64,000 nucleotides of DNA from Camelus ferus (taxonomy: Eukaryota): NCBI RefSeq assembly GCF_009834535.1, contig NC_045697.1, positions 63,614,001 through 63,678,000 of the forward strand, written 5' to 3'. The notes below the pieces were generated by a model, which saw only the letters and a list, made by a program, of their open reading frames with translations, had not been told where the DNA came from and searched no databases. The position numbers and the translations under genes were made by a program. Below, one piece after another: positions 25,189 to 38,722 of the stretch. Position 1 is the first letter of the stretch, and the number at the start of each line of letters is the position of its first letter.

Positions 25189-26504
25189 TGGACAGAGTCC
25201 TTAGAATCAGACCGATGGACCCACACTCACTGGCATCCTCAGGCTGAGAACACAGTTCATACTCAGAAGTACATTTAAGTGCATCTCCTCAGGTTTTCTG
25301 TGACCTCAATCGGTCGCCCCTCTTTTCAGTCCCTCTCATTTACCTGTCAGAAGTGTGACTTATACATACTCTTTCTACCCTCGCCTCCAGCAGAGGGACC
25401 CAAGCACATTCCTTCATGAATCATTATCATAACCTTTTAAACACTTGGGAGTCTTTTCAAATAAAAGCAAGAAAGAAGTTGAGATTTTTGAATTCCAGTT
25501 TTGCCCTTGGATAAGAGTAATCAGTTATTAAGTTATCATATTTTTATAGGGGACATCTCATGTCATTTTTAAGATTATTTACACATCATTCTTTGTCTAA
25601 AAAAAGTGTCTATTACTCTAATTCCCGAAGTCTAATCTTATTTTTTTCTCCTGATATACTAAAGAAATTATTTTCAATAACTCTACCCTGTTATTTTGTG
25701 AAATTCACTGTCAATAATTTGAGTAGAGAACTGGATATCTAGTTCCAAAGTCTCTCTTACTGAAATTCTCTGATGCTCTGCCTAAATATTTTTTGAACCC
25801 TCTCCAGAAGTGTTCATTATTAGAAATAGCTGGAGAGTTGTGTCTAAAACTGTTTTCTGATGATATAGAGCCCCAGGGACCCTAGGATAGCAAGACTTTT
25901 GTGTATTCCAGCAAGACTAACAACCCCAAAGAATTTTTAAGAAGAAATTAACTTAAAAATATCACAAAACAAGCACTAAAAGGAAGGAAATAGAAGTCAT
26001 ATATTTAGGCTATTAGACATTCTTTTCTTGCATACTTAGTCTTTACTATGTTAGCTAATAAAATTTAACACTAAACCATTTTCTCTAAAATATTTTTCAT
26101 CTTATTATGCACTATTTTTTCTTTAGTGGGTCATCCGTGGTACTCATTTGCCTAGGTACCACACAGTTTGGCGCATAATCACACATAGTTTATATGAATA
26201 TCTAAATGCTTATTTCTTTGGGAGATTACACATAATTAAATTTGCTAAAATACTGATTTCTTTCCTTGTTTTTAGCTACAGTACTGAAGTAACCATTATT
26301 ATATTTCTCAACAAAACTGACAGTCCTGGGCACGATGCCTTGTTCATAATAAATTCCCTAATATTGGCTGGGCTAATGAATAAGTGGATAAGTACTTGCT
26401 GAGTTGAATTAAAATTAAATGCATACTGGAGAAGAATTACTGTTGGTAGGAATCATGGAGACTATTTTTGTTGTCTAAGCTGTTCATGTGCTATTCATCC
26501 TTAG

Positions 26505-27235
26505 ATGTGTATTATTGAGAGAGCGCTTGGTGCCAAACACTGTTAAGTGCTTTACTTATATCATCTCTCTTAATCCTCACAATAACCGCAGGGAAATAAT
26601 TAGTCATGAATCCTTCATTTGCAACTGACAGAAAATCCAAATCAAATTGGCTTAAACAAGGGGTTATGACATAATTTCATTCTGGGCCCACGTGAGCAAG
26701 GCTATGTCTCCTGACGGTACGTTATCTAGATTGGCTCCAGGTAGGGGCTATCAGTAACTTTAAGTTCTCCCATCTTGGATGCAAGATTGTTGTAGTTACA
26801 GAGGAAACGACCTTCTATGTTCAAAATGTTGGAAATGCAGGAAGGTTTCATTCCAAGAAGTCTTAGCAAATGTCTCTACAGAGAAGGTACGCACCTACTC
26901 ATCCTGAACCAATCACCGTAACCAGCCGGGTGGAGTATACTTCTAGTTTAAGCTAATCACAGTCTCCTGGAATGAAGTGATATCAAATCATTTGGAATCA
27001 TACAGACTTTGGGGGGAAATAAACTTATAGGAACATCAGAGTATGTTCATTAAAGAATGTAGAAATGGCATTAGGATCAAAATTTAAGTAAAAGGAAACC
27101 ACTATATTACCTCTGTTTTTAAGATAAGGAAACAAAGATGCAAAAGGTTTATGTAGCTTTCCCAAGATCACACAGCTAATATTGGCAGAAATGCAATTCA
27201 AAATTATCTGTCTCCAACCCCAATATATTACACAC
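26505..27235 (-). mobile_element. MIR split by an old MLT1K-like LTR (~26600-27090)
   Basis: MIR halves TTAATCCTCACAATAACC and TAAGGAAAC...CCCAAGATCACACAGCTAAT flank a segment with TTGCAACTGACAGAAAATCCAAATCAAATTGGCTTAAACAA and CCTGAACCAATCAC. Confidence 0.65.
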
Positions 27236-28658
27236 CCTCCCTTAAATATTTATTCACTGTTCTTAGCTCTGCAGTCTGCCATTTCAAAAGTGCCGCTTAA
27301 GTCTCCTGCAAATGAAAGACTGTCACTACTAGCAATAAATATATTTTCTTTTTATAGTACAACTTTATCTGAATGACATCTTTTCATTTCTGTGTAACTG
27401 ATAACATTTTCATTCACTGCCTAATTTTTCTTTCCAAAGCTAATGGTCACCCACTTGTATTTTAGGAATGTGCTGATTGAAGAAAAAATAAAAGAAAAAG
27501 GAATTACTTATCTAATCAGTAGTGACAGAAAATTGGTAGGAGCCATACTTATGACAGCAAACATATTAGAGCATTACCCAAAGCATTCAGTGTAGGATTT
27601 ATTTAAATTTTTTTGATGAGTCCACAGTGGTCATTTAAGATTTGGTTTAAGACTAAGGAAATCAATCAGCCTGTTTTTAGGTAATATAACTTTTGCATTC
27701 TGATACTCCTGTAACAGAGAAAGAAACAATTTATTAGCAATTTAGCTGAATACATGAAATGAACTGATTAGTACATGTTAAAAAAAAAAAAACACTCGTA
27801 AAACTTTGTCACTTTAGTTTGGACCTGTTAAATATCTTAATTTGTAATTTGAAGCAAGTGTATCCAGGCAGTTTTCTCTAATACAAGTTACATTTATTAA
27901 ATCTGAAGGTGTTTCCTTTGTCCAATACTTTCCACTGATTCCAAAGAGAATTTTTGAATCAAGTTTTGGTTAACTCTCTGGAGTCCTGCTTTCTCTGTCT
28001 TCTCTTACCTTTCACTGATGTTTCATATCCAAGATTAGAAGGACTAGTTTTAACCTTGATGTTTTTGATACACTTTTTAGCTAATGTTTATTAATACTTC
28101 TATTTTAAGAGAAGAGTAAATTCAAACAAATTAATCTAAAAATTTGTCCTCAATTTTATAATAAAATTTAAAACATTGATTATTTCTAAAATAAAAGTGG
28201 TAGAGAAAAATAGAGGGTATGTATGAATCTGTATTTAAAATTTTACCTTCCTGGATCCGTTGGAGGGAGAATTCCAAAATCAAGGAAGCTGGCAGAGCCA
28301 AGGAAAGCATAGTGGAGGTCATCAGACTAGAGAGTGGAGCCCAGTCAGTCGCCAAACCACATGGTTTAAAGCACGTCCTTAAATCTGAGTCAACCGTCAA
28401 ATCTGGATTGGCCTTGGATAAAAACTGACCATAGAGGGGCTAGCGTTCTTTGGCATGGGAAGTGTTACGGACAGAATATATATATTCTTATATTATTATT
28501 ATATATTATTGTATATAATATATGTAATCAGCAAACTGCTGTTAACAAATACCAAAAAATTTGGAAGCAGCTTAGGAACTGGGTAATGGGTAGAGCAGCT
28601 GGAGGAGTTCTGAAGTACATGCTAGAGAAAGCCTAGATTGTTGTGAGGGGACTGGTAA

Positions 28659-29023
28659 TGTTGACAAACTATTAATTAGCAGTCAACCTGAGAAAGAAAT
28701 AGAGAATTTCATTCCATCAACCGGTGGATTATAAACCTGGAGACAGTCCTTCAGAAAGCTCTGAAGACTCTTCTGCCTGTTGGAGGTCTAAGCACAGTTA
28801 CATATATTTTTGAGACAGAGTTATACATCAGATGACTGAGAGTTTACATGATCTGGATCTGCACAAAGGGAGTACTGGGTCATCATGACCCCTGACAGGA
28901 TTAAGAAGGAATGTTATCTCTTAAGGAGGTCCGTACACTAAATGGGAGAGAGGAGGCCCAGGCGTGCAGGGAAAAATTTTATATTTATTTCTTGTCTTGC
29001 CATAAAATATGAATTTTATTTCA
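28659..29023 (-). mobile_element. Solo ERV (probably ERV1-class) LTR nested in MLT1-int
   Basis: 365-bp insert with TG...CA termini (minus strand TGAAATAAAA...GTCAACA); host MLT-int sequence resumes at GGTAGAAATATGGAC. Confidence 0.7.
28877..28891. promoter_or_regulatory. Perfect consensus estrogen response element (IR3)
   Basis: GGGTCA-TCA-TGACCC matches RGGTCAnnnTGACCY; motif only, function untested. Confidence 0.45.
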
Positions 29024-30196
29024 TCGGTAGAAATATGGACATTAAATGTGATTCTGGTGAAAGCTCAGGGAAAAAAAGAGGAGAGCGGGAGAGAAAACTG
29101 TCTTCATAGTATATAAATGATCACAAACAAAATATTGACAGAACTACTCTGGCAATGTCTCAGACAGAAAGGAGGAATATACTGTTGGACAATGGAGAAA
29201 AAGATATTCAGGTTACATAGTGTCAAAAAACATGGCTGAATTGTGTTCTTATGTTTTGTAGAAGGTAAAATGATGAAGTTGAATATTTAGCTGAAGAGAT
29301 TTCTGAGCAAAATCTTGAAGTGCTCCCTGGGTGCTCCCGACTGCTTATAGTAAAGTCTAAGAGGAGAGAGATGAATTAAAGGATAAATAGTTAAGCAAAA
29401 AAGGAACCAGAACTGAAAGATTTGGGAGTTCTCAGCTTCTCCTTATTGCAAAAAAGAGAAAGCATGTTCTGAGAACCTCAAAGTTGTGGCTGGACTATCA
29501 CTTGATGAAGAGATTATGGGATTCCACCAGCAGAAACACTGCCAGTTTGAACTGAAGCAGTGGGAAGTGGACAGGAGTTCTTAGATTCTACAGGATGGGA
29601 CAGTGGAGCCATTTGGCTGTGAAAATCCTTCAAGAAAAAGGAGGAATGACCCGAAGGCGATTCAGAGTTCTGCGGGGCAGGACTGGTTTAGAAGGGTGGG
29701 GTCTCTTCTGTTTTGGGGTGCTAATATGCCACCACCCATTGCCTTAGGTGCAAGGCCAAAGTCCTAGTAGGTGGGCCTCCCCACTGAGCTGAAGGGACAG
29801 GACTTCTCCAAAGAACCGTGGGGATGATGCTGCCATTCCTAGTGTGCTGAAGAGCAGAGCAAAGGTTATATTCAAGCCTTAGGATTTAATGCAGTTTCCC
29901 TTGTTAAGTTTAAACTTACTTGAGACCTTCACCTAATTTCTCCCATTTTGAGTGGGAGTGTCCTCTTATGCCACCCAGCTGTTGTATTTTGGAAGCACAT
30001 AACTTGTCTGGTTTCACAGGTTCACAGCTGGAGATGAATTTTGCCTCAGGATATCTAACCCATACCTGATTTAGATGAGACTGTAGAGTTTTGACATAGA
30101 CTTGATGCTGGAATAATTTAAGATTTCAGGGACTTTTGGAATAGAACAAATATATTTTCATGTAAAGACATGGATTTGGGAAAAGCAGGGATAGAA

Positions 30197-30529
30197 TGTC
30201 ATGGACTGAATATATGTGCCCCCCAAATTCATATGTTAAAGTCCTAACCCCAAGTGTGGCTATATTTGGAGTAAGAAAGTAATTAAGGTTAAATGAGGTC
30301 CTAAAGGTAGGGCCCTGATCTGACAGGATTAAGTGATACCAGAGAGTGTGTGATTGCATTCTCTTTCTCTATCATGTGAGGACATTGCAAGCCAGGAAGA
30401 GAGCTCTCAAACTGGAACCCCATCATGCTGGTACCCTGATCTTGGACATTCAGCTTTCAGAACTGTGACAAAATTTCAAGCCACCCAATCTGTGGTATTT
30501 GTTTATAGCAGCTTGAGCCAATTCATACA
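30197..30529 (+). mobile_element. MaLR 3' LTR (MLT1A-like)
   Basis: TGTCATGGACTGAAT...CCCCCCAAATTCATATGTTAAAGTCCTAACCCC...TGTGGTATTTGTTTATAGCAGC...ATACA; similar to 17935-18338. Confidence 0.9.
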
Positions 30530-30618
30530 GGAAGGGTGGTTAAATTTAAACTGCAAGAGAAAAATCACAAGTCACTGGTGTAATTTAATATACAGTTTTG
30601 ATACTATTACAAAATATT

Positions 30619-31010
30619 TGTTAAAGCTCTAATATCAAGACCATCAGGCAAACCTGTGGATCATATAAAGCTGGGTTTATTAAACTTGCTGAGTAAGGGA
30701 TAACACTCATCTTTACAGAGGGAAAGTTAAGGAAACGTCATATAGAGTCTGTGGGGCTGAGTTTAGTCATAGGGTGGTTTCAGGACAGATGCTGGTAAAT
30801 GAGGTCTGGATATAGATTGGTCAGGATTTGTAAACTTAGGTAAGTTAATGAAACTGTCCATAGTCTTATTTGTTGTCTATGGATATAACAGTTAAATTGG
30901 TTTGTGGTTGTATCCAGGAAAATACATAGATGTGACTGAGCTGGTGTTAAAACAATTTAAGCTTTAGGTGGTCTGGCAGAACATGGTTTGTGCAATTTAT
31001 CTATGTTGCA
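30619..31010 (-). mobile_element. Possible old ERV LTR remnant
   Basis: Starts TGTTAAAG; antisense polyA signal GGGTTTATT and antisense CCAAT (GATTGG); family not identified. Confidence 0.35.
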
Positions 31011-31181
31011 AACAGAAGTAGAATTTTGTGCTTTGTCTTCCATCTCTAATACTTAGAATAGTACTTTCCCTTTTCAATTTACTCTTTATCCATAGCCCTT
31101 TCATAGCATTTAGGCAAGATCTTTTATTCTCTTGATTTAATATTTTATAATTCACTAAAATATAAAGGTGCAAACCATTAT

Positions 31182-32148
31182 ATATTTTCCCAGCTTTATT
31201 GAGATATAACTGACACATAACATTGTGTACCTTTAAGGTATGTAACCTGTTAATTTGATACACTTATATATTGGAAAATAATTACTATTATAGCTTTAGC
31301 TAATGCCTTCATCATCTCACATAATTACCATTTCTCTTTTGTGATAGGAATGTATAAAATCTACTGTCTTAACATTTTTCAAGATAATAATACAGTATTA
31401 TTAACTATAATCACCATGCTGGACATTAAATTGCCAGAACTTACTTACCTTGTAACTGGAAGTTTGTGCCCTTTAAGCAGTCTCCCTGTTTTTACCACAC
31501 TCCAGCCCTTAATAAGCACCATTCTAGTCTCTGTTTCTGAGTTTGACTCTCTAAGATTGCACGTATAACTGGTACCCCACGTTATTTTCTCTTTGTCTGA
31601 TTTATTTCACTTAGCATAACACCCTTGAAGTTAACCCATGTTGTTGTAAAAGGCAGGATTTCCTTCTTTCTCACGGTTGAGTAATATTCCTTGTATGTAT
31701 ATATCACATCTGTTTTATCCATTCATCTGTCAACTGACATTTAGGTTGTTTTCATATCTTGACTGTTTGGAATAATGCTGCAGTGGACATCAGAGTGCAC
31801 ATATCTCTTCAATATCCTGTTTTCATTTCCTTTGGATATATACCCAGAAGTGGGATTGCTAAATCATAAGGGAGTTACATTTTTAATTTCTTAAGGAACC
31901 CCCCCCAATACGGTTTCCATAATGGCTGCACCAGTACACATTCCCACCAACAGTGTAAAAGGGTTCCCTTTTCTCTACATTCTTGCCAACACTTGTTATC
32001 TTGTCTTTTTGGTGCTAGCCATTCTAACAGTTGTGAGATGATATCTCATTGTGGTTTTGATTTGTATTTCCCTGATCATCAGTGATGTTGAACATCTTCT
32101 CATGCACCTGTTGGCCATCTATTATGTCTTATTTGGGAAAATGTCTGA
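31182..32148 (-). mobile_element. Older LINE-1 (L1MA-like) 3' end
   Basis: CAGCTTTATTGAGATATAACTGACA 3' end plus ORF2 end; TSD AAACCATTAT at 31172-31181 and 32149-32158. Confidence 0.92.
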
Positions 32149-34465
32149 AAACCATTATGTTCTTTATCATATTTACTTAGTGGCTATTTTGTCTTGTTCT
32201 AGACTGGTATTTTCCTATAGGTCTTAACCAGATAAAGAATTCTTAGAGTTAAAAATGTGTAATAGTATAATTTCTGAGTAAATTCTTTTTAGGATGTAAC
32301 TTTAATCAATGCTTTGAGATTTTTGAATATTAGCCAGTTTCTTAAAAATACATGCTTCTGATACCAAGATACTAGTATTCAAAGTTGTTAAAATCACGAG
32401 CTAATTTGAGAGGAAAAGCATTTTTATCATTTTTCTTTAAACTTGTATTTATTATTGTGTAGGAGTATCATTTTTATCTTTAGCACTAGATTTAATGTGT
32501 TGCTTAGATTATAGCAGCATGCTTTGTCCCATAGATCTCTGGGGGTGCAAATTCATTCCTTTTTATAGTTAATTGCACTTTAGAGGAAAAGTTTGATAAG
32601 TAATGCTGTAGCAGAATCATTATTAAACATAATCTCATTTATTTACATAAATTTTTAAGGTTTAATATTTTCTAATGTTTGAAATATTCATAGTTTTATG
32701 TTTTTCACAGGTCTAACCAATATTTTACTAGAAATTATTAGAAAGAAGGTATCTGGTATAAAATTACGACTAAAATCCACATTTTGGTGGGGTGGAATAA
32801 AGAAAAACAAATTTAAAAGTCCTTGTCTTGAAATTTTCATTAGTTAATGACTTAATATTGACATTTTTCTTTATCAGATCAATTTAACTTGCTCAGGAGA
32901 CATATTTTTCTGAAATCCCAGCATGGAATTTTAATGATGTTGAAATAAATCAGTTATTACTGTTGTTACTTATTATATTTTTATCTGATAAAAGAAAATA
33001 ATGGATATTTTTAAAATTCTGTTACTATGTTAGCTGAGGGTCACCAGTGATATTTATACTTTATATTTGTTTTAAGAAATGTGTTAACTATATTTATAAT
33101 ATTATATGATAGATTCGATGGCCAATTTGTTTAATTTTCATTGTTGCAGCTCCTACATATTTCCATTTGACTTTAACCACAAATTTTAAGCTTTGGCAAA
33201 ACTTGGGAAATTAGAAGCCATTTCAATAAATAACTTAATGACATTCTCCTGATAGATTTGGCACAACTCAGTAGCCTGTTTGTTTTGTTTTGTTTTTCTT
33301 GAAAGCAGACTAATCAACAGCTGTGGCTAGACACAGCCTCTCTAAGTTAGAAAATGAAATATTGAACACCAAGATAACGCTATGGAATATATATTATATA
33401 AATTTAACAAGGCTTCCATTTAGTAGTCCTTAGTGTCAGAACACAAATGTTCTACACAGTTTGCTAAGGTTTTTAAGCATTTTTAGGTTTGACTGTTTTG
33501 AAGCAGATCTGGAAATTCTGAGGATATGAAATCATCAAACATTTTTCTGTTGCTGCCAGAAAGATTGTTACACTAGGTAACAGGGAAGAATCATGGAATC
33601 TTTTATGTGCACGTGCCTACACATTCTCTTAACAGTTGTCTTCCAGTCTCCTCTTGAATATTCCAGCAAAAGTAGACATAAACCTCTTCATTATGAAACA
33701 GCTTGAATTGCTTGAAAATATAATCAATATGGGTATTTGTGAATCTTTGTTTAGCATTTTGTGTGTCCTTCATCTAAATGATGAGACACATCTGGGATAT
33801 AATATTTTGAAGGAAAATAAAAAAGACCTGGGTTACCCCTTCTCAAAATACATTTTATCTATCTATGCCAGACCATCTGAAAAATGGGGAAACTAAGCCA
33901 TCTGGAAAGGTTTGTGAGAACTGTAGTTTCTTTCTGAATGTGTAAATTATTGAGGTAAAGAAAGACTAATGAAGAAATAATTTCTTAGAGTAAGATAAGT
34001 GAAGTTCCTTTTGAAGTGAAATAGGAAGAATGACTAGGAATTTCAGATGCCTTAGTTTAAAAAACGAGATGCTTCCCTCTCTTGAGTTTATGGCAGTAGT
34101 TTTCAGTCTCTAAGTTGGTGTCTCAGATGTCTGCAATGTTAAAACGTTCCCACATAATTCTAATTTCTAGATGTATTGAAAACCACCAACCTGTAAACAT
34201 AGGTCTTAGATTTTCCAGGAGAGAGGAATAGAAGTGAGAATGCTACCGAGGGAAAAAAAAAGAGAGAGAGAGAGAAAGATTGGTGGGAGAGAATGATCTG
34301 GAAATATATGAAGCACTACTATCAGAAATCTTACAGTTCTAGCTCTGAGTTTTTAATTCCTCAGGATTTTAAGTGGCCTAGGATGCCCAGAAGATGTCTT
34401 GTCCCTGAGATTTTTAGCCCTGGATTAGCTCTTGAAACAACAATGGGCTTTAAGAGATTGTAGGA

Positions 34466-35130
34466 AGATGATATAAAACCGTTATCTCAAAGAGGTATCT
34501 GTGCTCCTGTGTTCATTACAGCATTGTTCATAGTAGCCAAGGTATGGAAACAACCTTTGTGTTCATCAGTGGATAAATGGATCAAGACAGTGTGCGTATA
34601 TATACAGTGGAATTTTATTCAGCATTAACTAAGGAGGAAACCCTGACATTTATGACAAGGATAAAACTGGAGGGCATTGTGCTAGGTGAAATAAGCCAAA
34701 CAGAGAAAGACAAAAACTGCATGGTATCCCTTCTATGTGGAATTTTAAAAAGTCAGACTTGTAGAGTCAAAATAGAAAAGTGGTTGTCAGGAGTAGGATA
34801 ATAGGGAGCGGTCGATATAGGGTATAAACTTTCAGTTACAAGATGAAAAAGTTCTGAAGATCTAATGTGTAACAAGATGACTCAGAGTTGATAACACTAT
34901 GCTGTACAATTGAAATTTGCTAAAAGAGTAGAACTTAAGTGTGCTTACCAAATAAATAAATAAATAACAGGTAATTATGTAAGGTGACGGATGTGTTACT
35001 TAGTTATGAGGGGAAGTCTTTTTGCTGTATCTACCTATCTGTGTCTATATATAAGATCATCACATACACTCTAAGTATCTTACAATTTTACTTATCAATT
35101 ATACCTCAATAAAGCTGTAAAAAAAAAAAG
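34466..35130 (+). mobile_element. LINE-1 (L1MA-like) 3' end with polyA
   Basis: ORF 34577-34801 is L1 3' end-derived; AATAAA followed by an A tail; TSD GATTGTAGGA at 34456-34465 and 35131-35140. Confidence 0.92.
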
Positions 35131-35349
35131 GATTGTAGGACATTATGAGATGGCTCCTTAATTGCCATATTATCCCTATTGCATATTGAGTACATTCATT
35201 ATTCTTTTTTAAAGGTGAAGCAACCCTTCACAATACGGTGTTTGCAGGTGAGGAGTGTAGTACAATATTTCTCAAGTTTCTGGGAAACAGGAATGCTACC
35301 CTGACAAGGACCTGAACTTTGTATTTTATAGGTATCAATGACGTGAATT

Positions 35350-35570
35350 GTATTGACTGGATCAAAATGTACTGCATAGTAACACATTCTTAAAATATGA
35401 TATGCGTAACCAAACACAGTATTTCAAGCTCAGTTTGGCCATTGCAGGAAATAGAAACTTACCTTTCTTGACCTGAATGTGATATAGCTCTTACTGTTGC
35501 CAGAGGTTTCGTTAACATTTCTGGCTGCTTTCTCAGATTCTGCGATCATTTTGAGCTTGCACTGAATACT
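35350..35570 (-). mobile_element. CR1/L3 LINE remnant
   Basis: Minus strand ...TCAGGTCAAGAAAGGTAAG...CTGCAATGGCCAAAC...TGAAATACTGTGTTTGGTT...CATATTTTAAGA resembles the recalled L3 3' region. Confidence 0.55.
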
Positions 35571-35644
35571 CCTTACTCTTCGGGGAGTGTTTCTGGAAAG
35601 TGTGTCCAGGTTGCTCATACTTTCGAGTCAGATGAAATTCTTCC

Positions 35645-35762
35645 TTGCAGATTCAGATTCTTGGACCCAGATATGCTAAATCAGAATCTCTGAGGGCAGG
35701 ACCCAAGAATATATAAGCACAGTGTTTTCTTTATGTCTTTATAATACACCCTGTTTGAGAAT
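35645..35762. mobile_element. MER5-like hAT MITE fragment
   Basis: GCAGATTCAGATTCTTGG...AAATCAGAATCTCTGAGGGCAGGACCCAAGAAT. Confidence 0.55.
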
Positions 35763-36289
35763 AGGTCTTATGTTCCGCTGGGAGAGTTGGAGGGGCTCTT
35801 ATCACCTACAGATATGTAGATTTGATATGAGTTTGGCATTTGTGGGGAACAAAAAAAAATTAGCCAAAGGCAAACTTGTGGTTGAGTCTGAGACTAGGTA
35901 GTGGAAGGGTTGGGGCAGGAAAGAACGAAATAAATAACAAGTTGAGAAGCTTGACTTAGAGTCAAAAGAATAATCCATATTAGGAAACAAATATAAAGCA
36001 GTGCTGTGGAATAATGGAAAATAAGTGATAGTCAGAAAGCTATATTTAAAAGTAGGGAATTATTTCGAGTTAGTGATTCTGCACTGCAACTGTTTTGTGC
36101 TGCTACAGGAGAAAAAAAAAAAAAAGATTATTTCCAATACTTCACGAAACCCAATCTTACCTGGTTCCCAATGCTTTGCAGTTCTAATACACATCTTAGT
36201 CCTCATTCTATATGCGAGAGTTGTTATTTAAAAATTTTTTTTAATTCTAAAATTTCATAATTTAACTACTATACTGGAGGTCAATGTTT

Positions 36290-36690
36290 TGGTTTTTGTT
36301 TAATTGAATTTTTATTGAGGTCTAATTGACGTACAACATTATATTCATTTCAGCTGTAATGATTCGATATTTGTATATATTGTGAAATAATCACCACAAT
36401 AAATCTAGTTAACATTTGTCACCATAGATACAGATTATTTTTTGAGATGAGAATTTTCAAGATCCATTCTCAGCAACTTTCAGTTATGCAGTACAGTATT
36501 ATTAATTAATAATCACCATACTGCACATTAAATGCCCATGATTTATTTTATAACTGGAGATTTGTACCTTTTGACTCCTTTCACCCACTCTGCACCCCTC
36601 CTACCCTTACCTGTGCAAACCACCAATCTGTCCTCTGTATCTGTATGCTTAGAGTTTGGGGTTTTGTTTTAGATTCCACATCTGAGTCAG
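36290..36690 (-). mobile_element. LINE-1 3'UTR fragment (L1MA/carnivore-ungulate type)
   Basis: TTTTATTGAGGTCTAATTGACGTACAACATT...CCACCAATCTGTCCTCTGTATC...TTTAGATTCCACAT. Confidence 0.85.
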
Positions 36691-36997
36691 TAGATTGGTG
36701 TTTCTTAAACTTGTGTGTTACTAGATCATGATAACTGCAGAATCCCAGGCTCTGCACTCAGAAACTAAATTTTTAGCCTTGTTTGGGGACACCTAGGAAT
36801 CTTCCTTTAGTCAGTCACTCAAGTAGCTTTGTGAGGAAGTGATCTGCACATTCCTCTTGATCCTTTCATCTTGCTCCTCCAGGATATTCCTCCTTTCAAG
36901 CCCTTTCTAATCGAATCTTCAACTTCTCTGTTGCCTTGGATTCTTCTCAGTATGAACAAATTTGACACTTGGATTATAAAATTATTTCCTTTTAAAG

Positions 36998-37482
36998 TTA
37001 TATTAGTTGCTTAGAGCTGCCTAACAAAATTACCCACAAGTAGGTGACTGAAAACAACCAAAATTGATGATTGTCTCACAGTTCTGGAGCTTAAAAGTCT
37101 GAAATTACGGCATCAGCGAGCCATGCTTTTTCTGAAGCCCCTAGAGAAGGATCCTTCCTTGCCTCTTCCAGCTTCTGGTAGCCCTGGGCCTCCCTTGGTT
37201 TACAGTAGCATAACTCCAATCTGTGTCAGTCTTCATACGCTGTCTTCCCCCTGTGTGTATATGTCTCTCTGTCTTTCACATGATGTTCTTCTCCTTGGGT
37301 TTTCATTTTCTTCTTGTAAGGACACCAGACATTTTGGACAAAGGCCAACCGTAATGTGGTATAATCTCATCCTAACCTGATAATATGTGCAAAGATCCTA
37401 TTTCCAAATAAGGTCACATTTACAACTACCAGGGGTTAGGACTTGAAGATATCTTTTGGGGAGCACAAGTCAACCCATAGCA
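36998..37482 (-). mobile_element. MaLR solo LTR (MLT1C-like) inserted in L2
   Basis: TCTCACAGTTCTGGAG...GGATCCTTCCTTGCCTCTTCCAGCTTCTGG...TTCCAAATAAGGTCACATT...CAACCCATAGCA. Confidence 0.88.
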
Positions 37483-38139
37483 AAACTGTATGTTACAGTC
37501 TAGCTACTTCCCCACCTCTCTCCTTTCTTCCTCAGCTAAGATTCTGGAACAAAAAGTCTACACCTACTGTTGTCACTTTTTTTGTCTCCTACTGCATTCT
37601 GGCTTTGGACCCCACTAGCCCACTGAAGCTGTGTTTGCTAGAGTAATTACTGAACATTTAGTTGACAAATCGGAGGAGCACTTTTTAGTTCTTGTCTTAC
37701 TTGATATCTTTACTCCAGAGTATTGAGCATTCTCTTCTTGAAGCTCCTCCTATTTCAATGAACCTAAATCAACCTGGTTACATACAACTTTCAGTTTCAT
37801 TTTGGCAGATCAATATAGCCATGAAAGATGTTATAATGAAAGCAAATCTTACATAAAATTATGCCACACATGCAGGTAATTTTAATTGAACTTTAGAAGC
37901 ACTAGCAGAAAAATAGTTCCTGAGACCTGTGCTCTTTGCTGGGATAACTTACTGTTCTGTCCTTTCTGTATTGGAACCATCACTGTGCATGTGAAGTTTA
38001 CGCAAAACAGGTACATCAAAAGGCAGAATTCTGTTACTTTATGTATCACATTACCCATACAGTAGTATTTGAAGTAAAATTAAAGACATCATTATAATGT
38101 AACTGTCACCTTATTTTCTTTCTCTACTGCTCCTTTTTC

Positions 38140-38722
38140 TTCAATGATTCTTTTACTCATATTACTACTGTGAGTAATAAATGATACTACAACTGTCTTA
38201 GTGGCCTAAGACACTATACCATTTATTATCTCACAGTTTTTGCAGGTCAGGAGTTTTGGTGGGTCATGTATAGCTTAGCTGTGTCTTTTACTTAGAGACT
38301 CACAAAACTTTTATCTCATCTGAGGCTTCACTGGGGAAGGATTCACTTAAAAACATATTCAGATTATTGGCAGAACTCAGTTCCTTACAGTTTTATGGCT
38401 GAGGTCCTCAATTCCTTGCTGGCTTTTAGCTGAAGGCCACCTTCAGCAGCTGGAGGTCATTTGTGGTTCCTCAATACATGAAGTTCTTCAACATGACCAT
38501 TTGTTTCCTCAAAGCCAGTAAAAGAGAGAGACTCCAGCAGGATGAGTGCTACAATCTTATGTAGCCATATAATCATATATTGACAATCATGTCCATTCCA
38601 CCTGTTGTTTAGAAGCAAGTCACAGATCCTGCTCACACTCAAGGAATGGGGCTCACACACAGGCATGAACACCAGGAGGTGAGCTTCACGGGAGCCACCT
38701 TATATGTCTTCTGTCCCCCTAC
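38140..38722 (-). mobile_element. MaLR solo LTR (MLT1E/F-like)
   Basis: CATTTATTATCTCACAGTTT...GGCAGAACTCAGTTCCTT...AGAAGCAAGTCACAGATCCTGCTCACACTCAAGG. Confidence 0.8.

Larger units (their letters stand above)
28530..30196 (+). mobile_element. MaLR internal region (MLT1-int); 5' LTR absent; interrupted by an ERV LTR
   Basis: CTGCTGTTAACAAATACC...GGAACTGGGTAATGGGTAGAG...; purine-rich PPT-like tract immediately before the 3' LTR at 30197. Confidence 0.8.

Noticed and set aside
35430..35618. Minus-strand ORF running into a strong donor-like AAG|GTAAGT
   Set aside because: The sequence resembles a CR1/L3 remnant, no convincing acceptor was found and the peptide is unrecognisable
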